64,000 bases of DNA, taken from Alphaproteobacteria bacterium (GTDB taxonomy: Bacteria; Pseudomonadota; Alphaproteobacteria; MPNO01). The notes below the pieces were generated by a model, which saw nothing but the letters and a program-made list of their open reading frames with translations, had not been told where the DNA came from and ran no database searches. A program made the translations under genes and the position numbers. The stretch covers positions 1,794,107 through 1,858,106 of the forward strand of contig CBDAUF010000002.1 in NCBI GenBank assembly GCA_965200535.1, read 5' to 3'. This document shows, one piece after another, positions 49,595 through 59,876 of this stretch (the first letter of the stretch is position 1; each line of letters begins with the position of its first letter).

Positions 49595-50890
49595 ATGATC
49601 GAATCTCTCGTCGGTTTCGCGGTCCTCCTGCTCATGGTCTTCCTGGGTTTTCCGCTCGGGTTTGCCATGGTGGCGGTCGGATTCGTCGGATTCGGTCTCG
49701 TACGGGGGTGGGAGCCCGCGCTGGAAACAGTCGGCCAGCTCATTCTCGATTTCGCGATGAGCTATTCCTTTTCCGTGCTTCCGCTGTTCGTGCTGATGGG
49801 GGCGTTCGTATACCGGGCGGCGCTGTCGGAAGACCTGTACGACGCCTCGAACGCCTGGCTGGGTCATCACAAGGGCGGGCTGGCAATGGCGACCGTCGCG
49901 GCGTGCGGCGGCTTCAGCGCGGTTTCCGGAAGCTCGGTGGCAACGGCGGCAACAATGGCGAAAGTCGCCATGCCGTCGATGCGGCGTTACCGCTACAATG
50001 AGAACCTCGCCGCCGGCACCATCGCTGCAGGCGGCACAATGGGGATCCTGATCCCGCCCAGCATTGCTCTGGTCATCTACGGCATCATCGTCGAGGAAGA
50101 TGTCGGAAAACTGTTCATCGCCGGGATCGTACCCGGGATCATTACCGTCCTGCTGTACATTCTGGTGATCAAGGTCCTGATCACCTTCCGCCCGGAACTG
50201 GGGCCGCCCGGCCCCTGGACACCCTGGAAGGACCGGTTCCGCGCACTCAAGGGCGTATGGGGGATGATCGCCCTGTTCGCACTGGTTCTGGGCGGCATCT
50301 ATCTCGGCGTCTTTACGCCGACCGAAGCAGGCGGGATCGGTGCGGTCGGCGCTGTCGCGTTTGCGGTTTCGCGCCGCAAGATGGGCTGGCGGGGGTTTTG
50401 CGGCGCGCTGGTCGAAGCCGGCCAGACGACCGCCATGGTCTTCAGCGTTGCATTCGGCGCGATCATCCTCTCGAACTTCATGAACATATCGGGCATGCCC
50501 AATCACATCGTCGAGTGGGTCAACGCTCTCGATATCGCACCGATCCTCGTAATCCTGGTGATCTGCCTGATCTATATCGCCCTCGGCTGCGTCTTCGAGG
50601 GGATCGGCATGATCCTGTTGACGGTGCCGATTTTCTTCCCGGTCGTGCAGAGTCTGGGGTTCGATCTGATCTGGTTCGGCATCGTCGTCATCATGGTGAC
50701 GGAGATCAGCCTGATCACGCCGCCCATCGGGATGAATGTGTTCGTTCTCAAGACGATCATGCCGGAAATGTCCCTGTGGGGGATTTTTTCCGGCATCGGC
50801 CCCTTCTTTGCCGCCGATATCGTTCGCCTTCTCCTGATCGTTTTCATACCGGGATTGACGTTGTATCTGCCCGGTCTGATGGGGGGGTAA
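49595..50890 (+). CDS. dctM: TRAP transporter large permease
   Basis: 431-aa DctM-family membrane protein. Confidence 0.9.
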   Translation: MIESLVGFAVLLLMVFLGFPLGFAMVAVGFVGFGLVRGWEPALETVGQLILDFAMSYSFSVLPLFVLMGAFVYRAALSEDLYDASNAWLGHHKGGLAMATVAACGGFSAVSGSSVATAATMAKVAMPSMRRYRYNENLAAGTIAAGGTMGILIPPSIALVIYGIIVEEDVGKLFIAGIVPGIITVLLYILVIKVLITFRPELGPPGPWTPWKDRFRALKGVWGMIALFALVLGGIYLGVFTPTEAGGIGAVGAVAFAVSRRKMGWRGFCGALVEAGQTTAMVFSVAFGAIILSNFMNISGMPNHIVEWVNALDIAPILVILVICLIYIALGCVFEGIGMILLTVPIFFPVVQSLGFDLIWFGIVVIMVTEISLITPPIGMNVFVLKTIMPEMSLWGIFSGIGPFFAADIVRLLLIVFIPGLTLYLPGLMGG

Positions 50891-50899
50891 GGGCGGAAG

Positions 50900-52492
50900 T
50901 CAGCCAGCGGCCGCACCGGCCGCCTTCGCCAGGATCGAACCGGCGTCCCTCGGCGGGGCGTTGCCAACCCAGGCGACATAGCCGTCCGGACGCACGAGGA
51001 TAAGGCCCGCGCCGTAGCGTCGGCGCGCCTCGGAGGACGGCTCGCGGACCGCCGTGAACGGGACCGATCGTTGCGCGGCGGCAGATTCGAACATTTCGAT
51101 CGCCCCGCCCCCCGCATCCAACGCGAGGAGAGCGAAACCGCGCCCGAGCAGCTCGTGGACACCGATTCCCGATGACAGCCGCCACGGCGCCAGACGATGG
51201 CCCGGCCTCGCCCGGACGCTGTGCACCCCTTTGGCGCCGCAAATGCCGCCGGGCGGGCCGGCGACGACCGACGATCCCTCGTAGTGGGGCGCGTAGTGCA
51301 GCGCGCGGGCATCGGACGCCCGGCGATGCGCCTCCCAATGCCGGGGAAACATCTCCGCGTCGTCCTCGGGGTTAAACCGGTCGAAGAAATCCCGGTCGCC
51401 GGCAATCCGCGCATCGATGAACCGCTGCGCGGTATCGGCGGCGACGGCCTGCCGCTCCTCGCTGTAAGAATCGAGCAGCGCCTCGCCGCCCCAACCCTGA
51501 AGTGCCGCAGCGAGCTTCCAGCCGAGATTCGCCGCATCCTCGAACCCGGTGTTGAGCCCGTACCCGCCGTAGGGCGGATGGCTGTGAGCCGCATCGCCGG
51601 CGATGAATACGCGCCCGGCCCGAAATCTGTCGGCGACGGAGACGCGCAGATCCCAGTAGCCGATATGGTCGAACGCGCACGCGAACTCGAAACCGGCAGC
51701 CCGATGCAACAACGAGCGTACGCTTTCCTCGCTCCGGTCCGCGCCGGCGGGAACCGGCGCATGGAAGAACCACCCCCCATCATTGTCCACCCGGCCGAAG
51801 AACCGCCAGTATCCCCGCAGAGTCCGGTGGACGACCCGATAGATATAGGCGGGCGGGAAACGCTTCAGCCCTTCGTGCAGCGCCCGCGAGCGGAACACCG
51901 CCAGGACCATCGCCTGTTCGTAATCGGTGCCGCTCGACGGCAGGCCCGCGCTTTCCCGGACGAGTGACCGGCTCCCGTCGCAGCCGACGACGTAGTCCGC
52001 AGAGAGCGTCTCGCGGCGCGAACCGTCGTGTCCCGCCACATCCACCGCGGCCCTATTGTCCGATTGCCGGATCGCCTCCGCCGACCATCCCGACCTCACG
52101 CTGACGCCGGCGAGCCCGGCCAGTCTTTCCCTCAGGACTTGTTCGGTGAGGTATTGCGGCAGCCGCTCTCCGCGCTGGGAGAAATATTCGTCCACCGCTT
52201 TCCTAGTCACGGGCGAATACCAGAACCCGCTCGTCAGATCGCCGTAGGCGACGATGAAATTGCCGGGAAACTCTGCCGGTATCGTCCGCCGCAACCGCAG
52301 CTCATCCGCGATGCCCCAGGAATGGAACAGTTCGAGCGTGCGTTGGGTGAGATTCTGACCCTTGGGGATGCGGTGCGGTTCGGTGCGCCGTTCGATGACC
52401 GTACACGGAACGCCGCGGAGGCCGAGATCGACGGCGAGGGCGAGCCCGACCGGCCCGCCGCCGACAACGATAACCCCGCGGCTGTACGCCAT
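50900..52492 (-). CDS. FAD-dependent aromatic (phenol-type) monooxygenase, PheA/TfdB/MhpA family
   Basis: VVGGGPVGLALA GxGxxG, DG..S FAD motif CDGSRS, GD..H motif FIAGDAAHSHPPYGGYGLNTGFEDA, thioredoxin-like C-terminal domain. Confidence 0.8.
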   Translation of the reverse strand: MAYSRGVIVVGGGPVGLALAVDLGLRGVPCTVIERRTEPHRIPKGQNLTQRTLELFHSWGIADELRLRRTIPAEFPGNFIVAYGDLTSGFWYSPVTRKAVDEYFSQRGERLPQYLTEQVLRERLAGLAGVSVRSGWSAEAIRQSDNRAAVDVAGHDGSRRETLSADYVVGCDGSRSLVRESAGLPSSGTDYEQAMVLAVFRSRALHEGLKRFPPAYIYRVVHRTLRGYWRFFGRVDNDGGWFFHAPVPAGADRSEESVRSLLHRAAGFEFACAFDHIGYWDLRVSVADRFRAGRVFIAGDAAHSHPPYGGYGLNTGFEDAANLGWKLAAALQGWGGEALLDSYSEERQAVAADTAQRFIDARIAGDRDFFDRFNPEDDAEMFPRHWEAHRRASDARALHYAPHYEGSSVVAGPPGGICGAKGVHSVRARPGHRLAPWRLSSGIGVHELLGRGFALLALDAGGGAIEMFESAAAQRSVPFTAVREPSSEARRRYGAGLILVRPDGYVAWVGNAPPRDAGSILAKAAGAAAG

Positions 52493-52522
52493 CGCCGAAC
52501 GGGAGAGGTCCGGTCGGGCGCT

Positions 52523-53533
52523 TCAGCTCCAGCAGACGAAGGCGTTGGCGGTTCCGGTGCCCGCCTCCGAACGGTAGCAGGGCACGTAGTCGATGAGGTC
52601 GCCGGAGAGGTCGGTATCGAACAGCAGACCGGCCGCGACGATCCAGTTACGGAGTTCCGATGAGCCGGACTGGAGCAGATTCTGTTCGATGCTGCACAGC
52701 GCTTCCTTGTCGCGCTTCCGGAAGCCCGAGAGAAACCGCTGATCGAGGTCCTCGTCGATGCAGAAATGCGACATCCCGCCCGATCCGACAACCGCAACGC
52801 GGGCAGAGGACCGCCAGTCCCGGATCGCGCGCCCGATCATCGCGCCGAACGCAAAGCAGCGCCGCGCGGTCGGCTGGTTCGGCGGATAGAAGGTGTTGGA
52901 GATCACCGGCAGGGTGGGAACCGCCCGGTCGCGCATGATGCGGCGCAGAATGAAACTGAAGGCGTGCGGCGTGCCGACATGGCGATGGTTGTCGTGACGG
53001 GGCCACTCGCTGGACGAGGCGAGATCGAACCCTTCCTCGAGTGCGCGCTCGAAAACCGCCTCCGCCAATTCCGGCAGGCCGGGATAGACGGTGTGCTCGC
53101 CCGGGCGGTAGGCCCACTCGGCCTCCTCGATTCCCGGCGGCAGCATGGCTTTTTGCTCCCGGGTCAGGGGCTGGTTGTAAAAGGTCTCGCCGCGATAGAC
53201 GGTGAACGTCGGCTGGACATCCTCGAGGAACAGTTCGCGCTGGTCGTTGCCGAGAATGACGCAGGCATCGGGCGCGGCCTCTTCCCACGCGTCGGCGAGC
53301 CTGGAGATCCCGGTCTGACAGGCGTCGTAACGCCGTCGACGTTCGCTGTCGGTAAACTTGGCGGCGATATTTTCGCCCGACCGCAGCTCCCGCAGTTCGT
53401 CGAAGGAGAAGCGTTCACACTTGAACCAGTGCCGGTTCACGCGGTCCGCCTTGACCCGTTCGCCCCACTGGTCGGGCGTGGTGTTCAGGGTCGGCCCATG
53501 CGTCGTCCACATGCCGAGAACGATGTCCGCCAT
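52523..53533 (-). CDS. Class III extradiol ring-cleavage dioxygenase (LigB family) catalytic subunit
   Basis: N-terminal MWTTHGP and internal His-containing motifs (HRHVGTPHAFSF, GSGGMSHF). Start ATG overlaps the upstream stop (ATGA). Confidence 0.65.
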   Translation of the reverse strand: MADIVLGMWTTHGPTLNTTPDQWGERVKADRVNRHWFKCERFSFDELRELRSGENIAAKFTDSERRRRYDACQTGISRLADAWEEAAPDACVILGNDQRELFLEDVQPTFTVYRGETFYNQPLTREQKAMLPPGIEEAEWAYRPGEHTVYPGLPELAEAVFERALEEGFDLASSSEWPRHDNHRHVGTPHAFSFILRRIMRDRAVPTLPVISNTFYPPNQPTARRCFAFGAMIGRAIRDWRSSARVAVVGSGGMSHFCIDEDLDQRFLSGFRKRDKEALCSIEQNLLQSGSSELRNWIVAAGLLFDTDLSGDLIDYVPCYRSEAGTGTANAFVCWS

Positions 53534-54210
53534 CAGCCGTCTCCCTCTCTTTCGAGCATCGTCTCGTAGGATGCCCCCATCACCTGGCTGACCGGTTCGC
53601 CGCGCCGAACAGCCTCGGTCATCGCCTTTTCCCGCGCGACGATGGACTCGGCCATTCGCAGGACTTCCTCGGCACGGTCGGCCGGGATCGAGGCAAACCC
53701 GCTGCGGTCGGCGATCACCAGATCGCCGGGGCGGACAATCAGGCCGCCCACCGCAATGTCCATATTGAAACCTTTCTCGTGGATGCGGCCGCGCGCCGTC
53801 CGCGCCGTCGCGCTCCGGGCATAGACCGGAAAACCGAGTTCGGCCGCCTCGTCGATATCCCGCGCCGGGCCCTCGACGATCACCCCCTCGATACCCGCTG
53901 CCTGGGCCGCATTGGACAACACACCGCCCCACCCGGCGGCGTCGATGCCGGTACGCTGCTCGATGACCAGAACATCACCCGGACCGGCGGCGTCCACGGC
54001 GCCGCTGCACAGGTGCCGCCGGGGCGCGTTTTCGGGCTTCCGGTCGGTCAGCGTCACCGTCACTGCCCGCCCGGCGATGCGCCTGTCGGTCGATTGCGCG
54101 CCGATCCCGGTCACCGCGCCCGGCAGCCCGAGCGCATCGAGCGCATCGGAGACCGCGCAGGTGTCGAGCGCGGCCAGCCGTTCGACCGGACCGGCGTCGT
54201 CAACAGCCAT
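53533..54210 (-). CDS. RraA-family protein (4-hydroxy-4-methyl-2-oxoglutarate/4-carboxy-4-hydroxy-2-oxoadipate aldolase-like)
   Basis: LDTCAVSDALDALG...AAGWGGVLS...ARSGFASIP: RraA/MenG fold (Pfam PF03737). Confidence 0.75.
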   Translation of the reverse strand: MAVDDAGPVERLAALDTCAVSDALDALGLPGAVTGIGAQSTDRRIAGRAVTVTLTDRKPENAPRRHLCSGAVDAAGPGDVLVIEQRTGIDAAGWGGVLSNAAQAAGIEGVIVEGPARDIDEAAELGFPVYARSATARTARGRIHEKGFNMDIAVGGLIVRPGDLVIADRSGFASIPADRAEEVLRMAESIVAREKAMTEAVRRGEPVSQVMGASYETMLEREGDG

Positions 54211-55210
54211 GGTTCTGCCCATCGTACAGGTGGCATTCGACCCGTCTCGGCGACTCTATCGCGATCTCGGGCCGGATCGTACGGCACCGCTCCGTCGCCT
54301 TCGGGCAGCGCGGATGGAAATGGCAGCCCGGCGGAGGATCGAGCGGATCCGGAAATTCGCTGCCGAACGACTCCCCCGGCAGACCCAGCGTCGGATCGGG
54401 CGTCAGGATCGATCGCAGCAGGGTCTCCGTATAGGGATGGCGTGGATCGTCGAAGATGCGGTCGGTCTGTCCCAATTCGAGCACGCGCCCAAGATACATG
54501 ACGGCGACGCGGTCGGCGATATGTTCGACGACAGCGAGATCGTGGCTGATAAAAACGTAGGTCAGGTTGAGGGTGCGCCGTAGCTCCAGCAACAGATTGA
54601 GAATCTGCGCCTGCACGGAAACGTCGAGGGCGGAGGTGGGTTCGTCGAAGACGACGATACGGGGCTTGATTGCCAGTGCGCGCGCGATCGCCACCCGCTG
54701 GCGTTGCCCGCCGGAAAGCTGGTTGGGATAGGCGTGGATCAGATGGGCCGGCAAGCCGACCAACTCCATGATCTCGGCCACGCGCTTCCGGCGCTCCCGG
54801 GCTGTCCCTATGCGGTGGACTTCGAGCGGCAGACCGACGATCTGGCCCAGCGTCTTGCGCGGGTTCAGCGACGAGTAGGGGTCCTGGAAGACCGGCTGAA
54901 CTTGCGCGGCGATTTCCGACCGTCCGACCTCCGCCATCGGCTTTCCTGTGAAGCGGATCGAGCCGCTGGACGGCGGCAGGAGCCCGAGAAGCATTCTCGC
55001 CAGCGTGGTCTTGCCGCAACCGGACTCGCCCACGATCGCCAGCACCTCTCCCTGGCGGACGGTGAACGACACATCATCGACCGCGCGCAGCGCGGTGGAA
55101 GGCCGGAACACCCCCTGCCCCATCCGGAACAGCCGCGTGACGCCGATGCATTCGAGCGCCGGAACCGCATTCCGATCGGCTGCGGCGCCGTTCCCGGCCG
55201 GAGGCGTCAT
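54200..55210 (-). CDS. dppF: Peptide/opine/nickel-type ABC transporter ATP-binding protein
   Basis: Walker [10 protein letters not shown], signature LSGGQRQRVAIARAL, C-terminal oligopeptide-ABC extension with Cys cluster. Confidence 0.85.
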   Translation of the reverse strand: MTPPAGNGAAADRNAVPALECIGVTRLFRMGQGVFRPSTALRAVDDVSFTVRQGEVLAIVGESGCGKTTLARMLLGLLPPSSGSIRFTGKPMAEVGRSEIAAQVQPVFQDPYSSLNPRKTLGQIVGLPLEVHRIGTARERRKRVAEIMELVGLPAHLIHAYPNQLSGGQRQRVAIARALAIKPRIVVFDEPTSALDVSVQAQILNLLLELRRTLNLTYVFISHDLAVVEHIADRVAVMYLGRVLELGQTDRIFDDPRHPYTETLLRSILTPDPTLGLPGESFGSEFPDPLDPPPGCHFHPRCPKATERCRTIRPEIAIESPRRVECHLYDGQNHGC

Positions 55211-56232
55211 GGCGGCGGCGCCGCCGCATGCAACTGCGCCGCGCGCAGCCGTTCCACCGGGTTGACGCAGCGGTAGGTGTGCCCCTCTTCGATCGACCGT
55301 TCATCGTTCCCGCCCTCGCGGCATCTTTCGTCGGCGAGCGCGCAACGGTTCCTGAACATGCACCCCCGCGTATCGCCGATCAGGGACGGAACGATACCGG
55401 GTATGGATCCGAGATTGCTCCGTCTCCTCGTCTTCCCCGGGGACGGAATGCAGTCGATGAGACCGCGCGTGTAGGGATGGGTCGGTGCGCCGAAGACCTG
55501 TGCGCTTGTTCCGGTCTCGACGATACGCCCCGCGTACATCACCGCGATCCGATCAGCGATACGCGCGACGATCCCGAGATCATGGGTGATCAGTATCAGC
55601 GCCATGTCGAACTCGGCCTGCAGGTCTTTCAGAAGGTGGAGCACCTGCGCCTGGACGGTGACATCGAGCGCCGTCGTGGGCTCGTCAGCGACGATCAGGA
55701 CAGGATCGCACATCAGCGCCATCGCAACCATGATTCGCTGGCGCAGCCCGCCAGAGAGCTGGTGCGGATACTGCCCGAGGCGAGCGACAGGATTGGTGAT
55801 CCCGACACGGGCCAGCAGATATTCCGCGCGTTCGCGCGCTTCCCGGCGACCGCTGCGACAATGGCGGATATGGACCTCTTCAAGCTGGTTCCCGACGGTG
55901 TAGACCGGGTTCAGCGAGGTCATCGGATCCTGGAAGATCATGCTCATGCGGTTGCCGCGTATGGCAGCAAACGACTTCTCCGATACGGTCAGGAGATCGG
56001 TCGCTTCGAGACTGATTTCCCGAGCGCGCAGCCTGGCGCGGCGGGGCAAGAGCCACATTATCGCGAGCGCTGTCATCGTCTTCCCGCAGCCGGATTCGCC
56101 CACGATGGCAAGGGTCTCGCCGCGCGCCGCGGAGAGATCGACGTCGCTGACCGCGTGCAGCGTTCCCGACGGGACCGGCATATCGACGAACAACCCGCGC
56201 ACCCGCAGAATCGTGTCTCCATGGCCGGTCAC
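55207..56232 (-). CDS. dppD: Peptide-type ABC transporter ATP-binding protein
   Basis: [28 protein letters not shown] start overlapping the dppC stop (GTGA); the 620-aa track ORF includes a non-coding N-terminal extension. Confidence 0.85.
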   Translation of the reverse strand: MTGHGDTILRVRGLFVDMPVPSGTLHAVSDVDLSAARGETLAIVGESGCGKTMTALAIMWLLPRRARLRAREISLEATDLLTVSEKSFAAIRGNRMSMIFQDPMTSLNPVYTVGNQLEEVHIRHCRSGRREARERAEYLLARVGITNPVARLGQYPHQLSGGLRQRIMVAMALMCDPVLIVADEPTTALDVTVQAQVLHLLKDLQAEFDMALILITHDLGIVARIADRIAVMYAGRIVETGTSAQVFGAPTHPYTRGLIDCIPSPGKTRRRSNLGSIPGIVPSLIGDTRGCMFRNRCALADERCREGGNDERSIEEGHTYRCVNPVERLRAAQLHAAAPPP

Positions 56233-57131
56233 CGGCCGCGGCCCTCCGGCACGGTTATGTCGCGGATTCCATCGCCCATCAGGTTGATCGCGATGACGAG
56301 AAAGAACAGGGCAAGCCCCGGCAACGCGATCAGGTAGGGCTTGAAGAACATGAAGTTGCGCCCTTCGGAGATCAGCAGGCCCCATGACGGAGTGGGCGGC
56401 TGGACCCCGAGGCCGAGAAACGACAGCACCGCCTCGACCAGGATCGCGATGGCCATCTCCAGGCTGGCGACCACGATAATGTGACTCATCACGTTGGGCA
56501 GGACCTCGCGCGTCACGATGCGCAGGTGCGAAGCCCCGACCGCCTGGGCAGCGGCGACGAACTCCTGACTCCTGATCTGCTGGGTGACGCTGCGCGTGAC
56601 AACGGCGAACCGGTCCCAGAACAGAAAGCCGAGGACGCCGATCAGCACGATCAGGGAACTGCCGAATATGGAAACGAGGGAGAGCGCGATCAAAATGCCG
56701 GGGAGTGCCAGCTTGACGTTGATCAAATACATCACCACCGCGTCGGTGCGTCCGCCGAAATAACCGCCGACGATGCCAACCGTCGACCCCACCACGCCGG
56801 AAATAAACGCGGCGCCGAAGCCTACGATGAGGGATATCCGCGCCCCGTAGAGGATCCGCGTCAGATAGTCCCGGCCGAGCGAATCCGTGCCGAACGGGTG
56901 TTCCCAGCTTCCACCCGCACCCCAGATCGGACTGGTAAGCCGGGCGTCGAGATTCTGCAAATACGGGTCCGACGGGCAGACCGCCGGGGCGAATACGGCG
57001 AGCGAGACCACCAGAAGGACAAAACCCGTTCCCGCGAGGAGGCCGACATGGGTCCGCGCCCGCCGCCACATGATCTCGCGGGGCGTCGGCGCCGAGATGC
57101 GAAATTCATCCGTGAAAATGCCGCCCGCCAT
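56229..57131 (-). CDS. dppC: Peptide-type ABC transporter permease
   Basis: Hydrophobic 300-aa protein with the EAA loop ([20 protein letters not shown]). Confidence 0.85.
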   Translation of the reverse strand: MAGGIFTDEFRISAPTPREIMWRRARTHVGLLAGTGFVLLVVSLAVFAPAVCPSDPYLQNLDARLTSPIWGAGGSWEHPFGTDSLGRDYLTRILYGARISLIVGFGAAFISGVVGSTVGIVGGYFGGRTDAVVMYLINVKLALPGILIALSLVSIFGSSLIVLIGVLGFLFWDRFAVVTRSVTQQIRSQEFVAAAQAVGASHLRIVTREVLPNVMSHIIVVASLEMAIAILVEAVLSFLGLGVQPPTPSWGLLISEGRNFMFFKPYLIALPGLALFFLVIAINLMGDGIRDITVPEGRGR

Positions 57132-57139
57132 CGCCGCCC

Positions 57140-58057
57140 TCACCCAAGCCGGATACGCGGATCGAGGCGGGCGTTGATCAGGTCGGACGCCAGGGTGAGC
57201 ACAATATAGGCAAGCGATACCGAGACGAGGATGGACTGGACGACCGGGAAATCGCTCCTCAGGATCGATTCGTAGGCCAGCAACCCGATGCCGTTCAGCG
57301 CGAAGACAGTCTCCACGATCACCGACCCGCCGAGCAAAAAGCCGAGCGAGACCGCGGACAACGACACCACCGGCAAAACGGCGTTGCGCAGCGCGTGTTT
57401 GAAAAAGATCGCCGCAGGAGACAGTCCCTTGGCCCGTGCGGTACGAACGAAGTCGGCCTCCAGGACCTCCAGCATCCCCGCTCGGGTCAAGCGCATCAGC
57501 GCCGGCATGACCGCCGTGCCCAACGCAACGGTCGGCAGCACGAAATGTGAAAAGCTGGCCGATCCCGAGATCGGCAGCCACCGCAGCACCACGCCGAACA
57601 CGTAGATCAGGATCAGCCCGAACCAGAAGTTCGGGATCGCCTGACCGAAGACCGCGATCCCGAGGGCCGCCCGGTCGACCGCGGTATTCGCCCGGATCGC
57701 CGCGAGGACGCCGAGCGGGATGGCGATGGCCAGAGCCAGGGCCAGGGAGTAAAGCGACAGCAGGATCGTGACATCGACGCGCTCGAGAATCAGGTCCATC
57801 ACCGGTTCGTTGGTGAACAGCGACTGGCCGAGATCGCCGCCGAGCGCCTTGGCGGCCCAGGTCAGGTATTGCTCGTGCAGCGGCTTGTCGAGGCCGTACA
57901 GCGCCGCGATCTCGGCGATTTCGGCGGGCGTTGCATCCTCCCCCGCCAGATCGGCCGCCAGATCCCCGGAAACGCGCAGCAGCGCGAAGCCGATGATCGA
58001 GACGGTAACCGCCACCAGCAGCGACACTCCCAGCCTCTGGAGGAAGAAGCGTGCCAT
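57140..58057 (-). CDS. dppB: Peptide-type ABC transporter permease
   Basis: MARFFLQRLGVSLLVAVTVSIIGFALLRV...; EAA loop ARAKGLSPAAIFFKHALRN. Confidence 0.85.
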   Translation of the reverse strand: MARFFLQRLGVSLLVAVTVSIIGFALLRVSGDLAADLAGEDATPAEIAEIAALYGLDKPLHEQYLTWAAKALGGDLGQSLFTNEPVMDLILERVDVTILLSLYSLALALAIAIPLGVLAAIRANTAVDRAALGIAVFGQAIPNFWFGLILIYVFGVVLRWLPISGSASFSHFVLPTVALGTAVMPALMRLTRAGMLEVLEADFVRTARAKGLSPAAIFFKHALRNAVLPVVSLSAVSLGFLLGGSVIVETVFALNGIGLLAYESILRSDFPVVQSILVSVSLAYIVLTLASDLINARLDPRIRLG

Positions 58058-58073
58058 CGTCCGGCGCCGCCGA

Positions 58074-59099
58074 TCAGTGCGCGATCGGGATGTCCAGGTT
58101 GAATACGCGAATGGCGTTGCCCGCGAGCAGCTTCCCCTTGTCGGCGTCCGACAGCCAGTCGAACCCTGTAATGTGGTGTGCGACGTCGTCCATATGACGG
58201 CCGGTATCGGGGTTTATCGACGAACCGACACCCGGACATTCGGCGCCGAACAGGCATTGGTCCACGCCCGCAACCCGGATCAGCAATTCGATCGCCTCCG
58301 GCGTATAGAGGACCGTGTCGTAGTAGAGACGCCGCATGCGCTGGCTGAAACGCTCCGCCCCGTCGCGGCGCAGGGTGCCCGACTCGAAGCGCCCGAGCTG
58401 GTACGGGATCGCCCCGCCGCCATGGCTTACGACGATCTTGAGGTCCGGGAAATCGTCCAGCACCGCCGAGTTGACGAGCCCGTAGACGGCGGTCGTCTCC
58501 TCGTTGATGAAGCGGAGCGAATAGGGTTCGCGTTCGGACCGCGAACCGGTGCCGTGGATATGGGCCGGCACGTCCAGTTCGCACAGCTTCTCATAGAGGG
58601 GATACCAGTAGCGGTCGCCGAGCGCCGGCGGGTGGATCCCGGTGTTCTCGTACGGATCGGGGTTAAGCAGGCAACCCTTGAAGTCGAGTTCGGATACGCA
58701 CCTGTCGAGTTCCCGGATCGCCATGTCGAGCGGTTCCCCGCACGGCTGGGGAAGACCCGCGATCCCGACGAAACGGTCCGGATAAAGCTGTGTCTCCCGG
58801 TAGATCATGTTGTTGCATTCCTCGTGGAACCACTGGACGAGCTTCGCCGGTTTTTCGGAATGCATCAGTTGGAAAGGCCGCGGCGAGACAAGCTGTGTGT
58901 CGGTGCCAAGCTTGTCGATATAGTCCAGGTGGCTGTGGCGCGAGCCGGGGAAGTGCTTCTTTTCGACAGCATGGCGGATCTCGTCGTCGTCCACGGCCAC
59001 CTTTCCGCGCCCGTGGGAGCCCCGATGGGCCAGCAGCGTCGCCTTGTACGCCCACAGTTCGGCAGGAGCGCTCACATGGGCGTGGCAGTCGATAATCAT
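58074..59099 (-). CDS. Amidohydrolase-2-family metal-dependent hydrolase/decarboxylase (LigI / LigW / ACMSD-like)
   Basis: MIIDCHAHV N-terminal metal-ligand His pair, internal HxH/D residues (HIHGTG, SHGGG, D near C-terminus); 341 aa. Confidence 0.7.
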   Translation of the reverse strand: MIIDCHAHVSAPAELWAYKATLLAHRGSHGRGKVAVDDDEIRHAVEKKHFPGSRHSHLDYIDKLGTDTQLVSPRPFQLMHSEKPAKLVQWFHEECNNMIYRETQLYPDRFVGIAGLPQPCGEPLDMAIRELDRCVSELDFKGCLLNPDPYENTGIHPPALGDRYWYPLYEKLCELDVPAHIHGTGSRSEREPYSLRFINEETTAVYGLVNSAVLDDFPDLKIVVSHGGGAIPYQLGRFESGTLRRDGAERFSQRMRRLYYDTVLYTPEAIELLIRVAGVDQCLFGAECPGVGSSINPDTGRHMDDVAHHITGFDWLSDADKGKLLAGNAIRVFNLDIPIAH

Positions 59100-59228
59100 G
59101 TCTATCCCCCCGGTGGGCAGAACGCGCCGGAACGCCGGGCCTCGCCCGGGCGCGCGGCCCGGACGGTACTATAGGACAGATTGCCGGACGGCGAAATTCG
59201 CGGCCGGCCGTGGCCGCGTTTCGCGAGG

Positions 59229-59876
59229 TCAGTGCGAGACGATGCTGCCGCGTTCGATCACGAACGTCTCGTCGAGCAGGGGGGCGATGTGGACGTCGTT
59301 CGACTCGGCGACAAGAACCGACTCGCCCTCCTCCTTCAGATTCGCCAGGATCTCGACCATCCGCTGCGCGAAAACCGGTGCGATACCCTCGCTCGGCTCG
59401 TCCAGCAGCAGCAGCTTGGTGCCGCACATGATCGCGCGTGCGAAGGCGACGAACTTCTGCTGCCCGCCGGAAAGCGTCGTGGCCCCCCGGTCGCGAAACG
59501 CCTCGACCTCCGGCATCAGACCGTAGATCCATTTGAGGCGTTCGTCCGCCCCTTCCGACCGGGTGGACCAGACCGGCAGCATGATATTCTCTTCGGCCGT
59601 AAGCTCCGGCACCAGCCGGCGGTCTTCCGGCATGAAGCCGATCCCCAAATGGGCGCGCCGATGGGCGTGCGAAGCGCCGAGGTCGAGATGCTCGAACGCG
59701 ATCGACCCGGCTTGCAGTTTGAGTGCGCCCATTACGGCACGCATCACGGTCGTCTTGCCGGCGCCGTTACGGCCGATCAGCCCGCACATCGAGCCCGAGG
59801 GCACTTCGAGACTCACCCCGCGCAGGATCTGGGTGGCGCCGATGCTGACATCGAGATCCGTGATCGTGAGCATCAC
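59229..59876 (-). CDS. livF: Branched-chain amino-acid ABC transporter ATP-binding protein
   Basis: GRNGAGKTT, LSGGQQKFVAFARAI. Confidence 0.85.
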   Translation of the reverse strand: MMLTITDLDVSIGATQILRGVSLEVPSGSMCGLIGRNGAGKTTVMRAVMGALKLQAGSIAFEHLDLGASHAHRRAHLGIGFMPEDRRLVPELTAEENIMLPVWSTRSEGADERLKWIYGLMPEVEAFRDRGATTLSGGQQKFVAFARAIMCGTKLLLLDEPSEGIAPVFAQRMVEILANLKEEGESVLVAESNDVHIAPLLDETFVIERGSIVSH

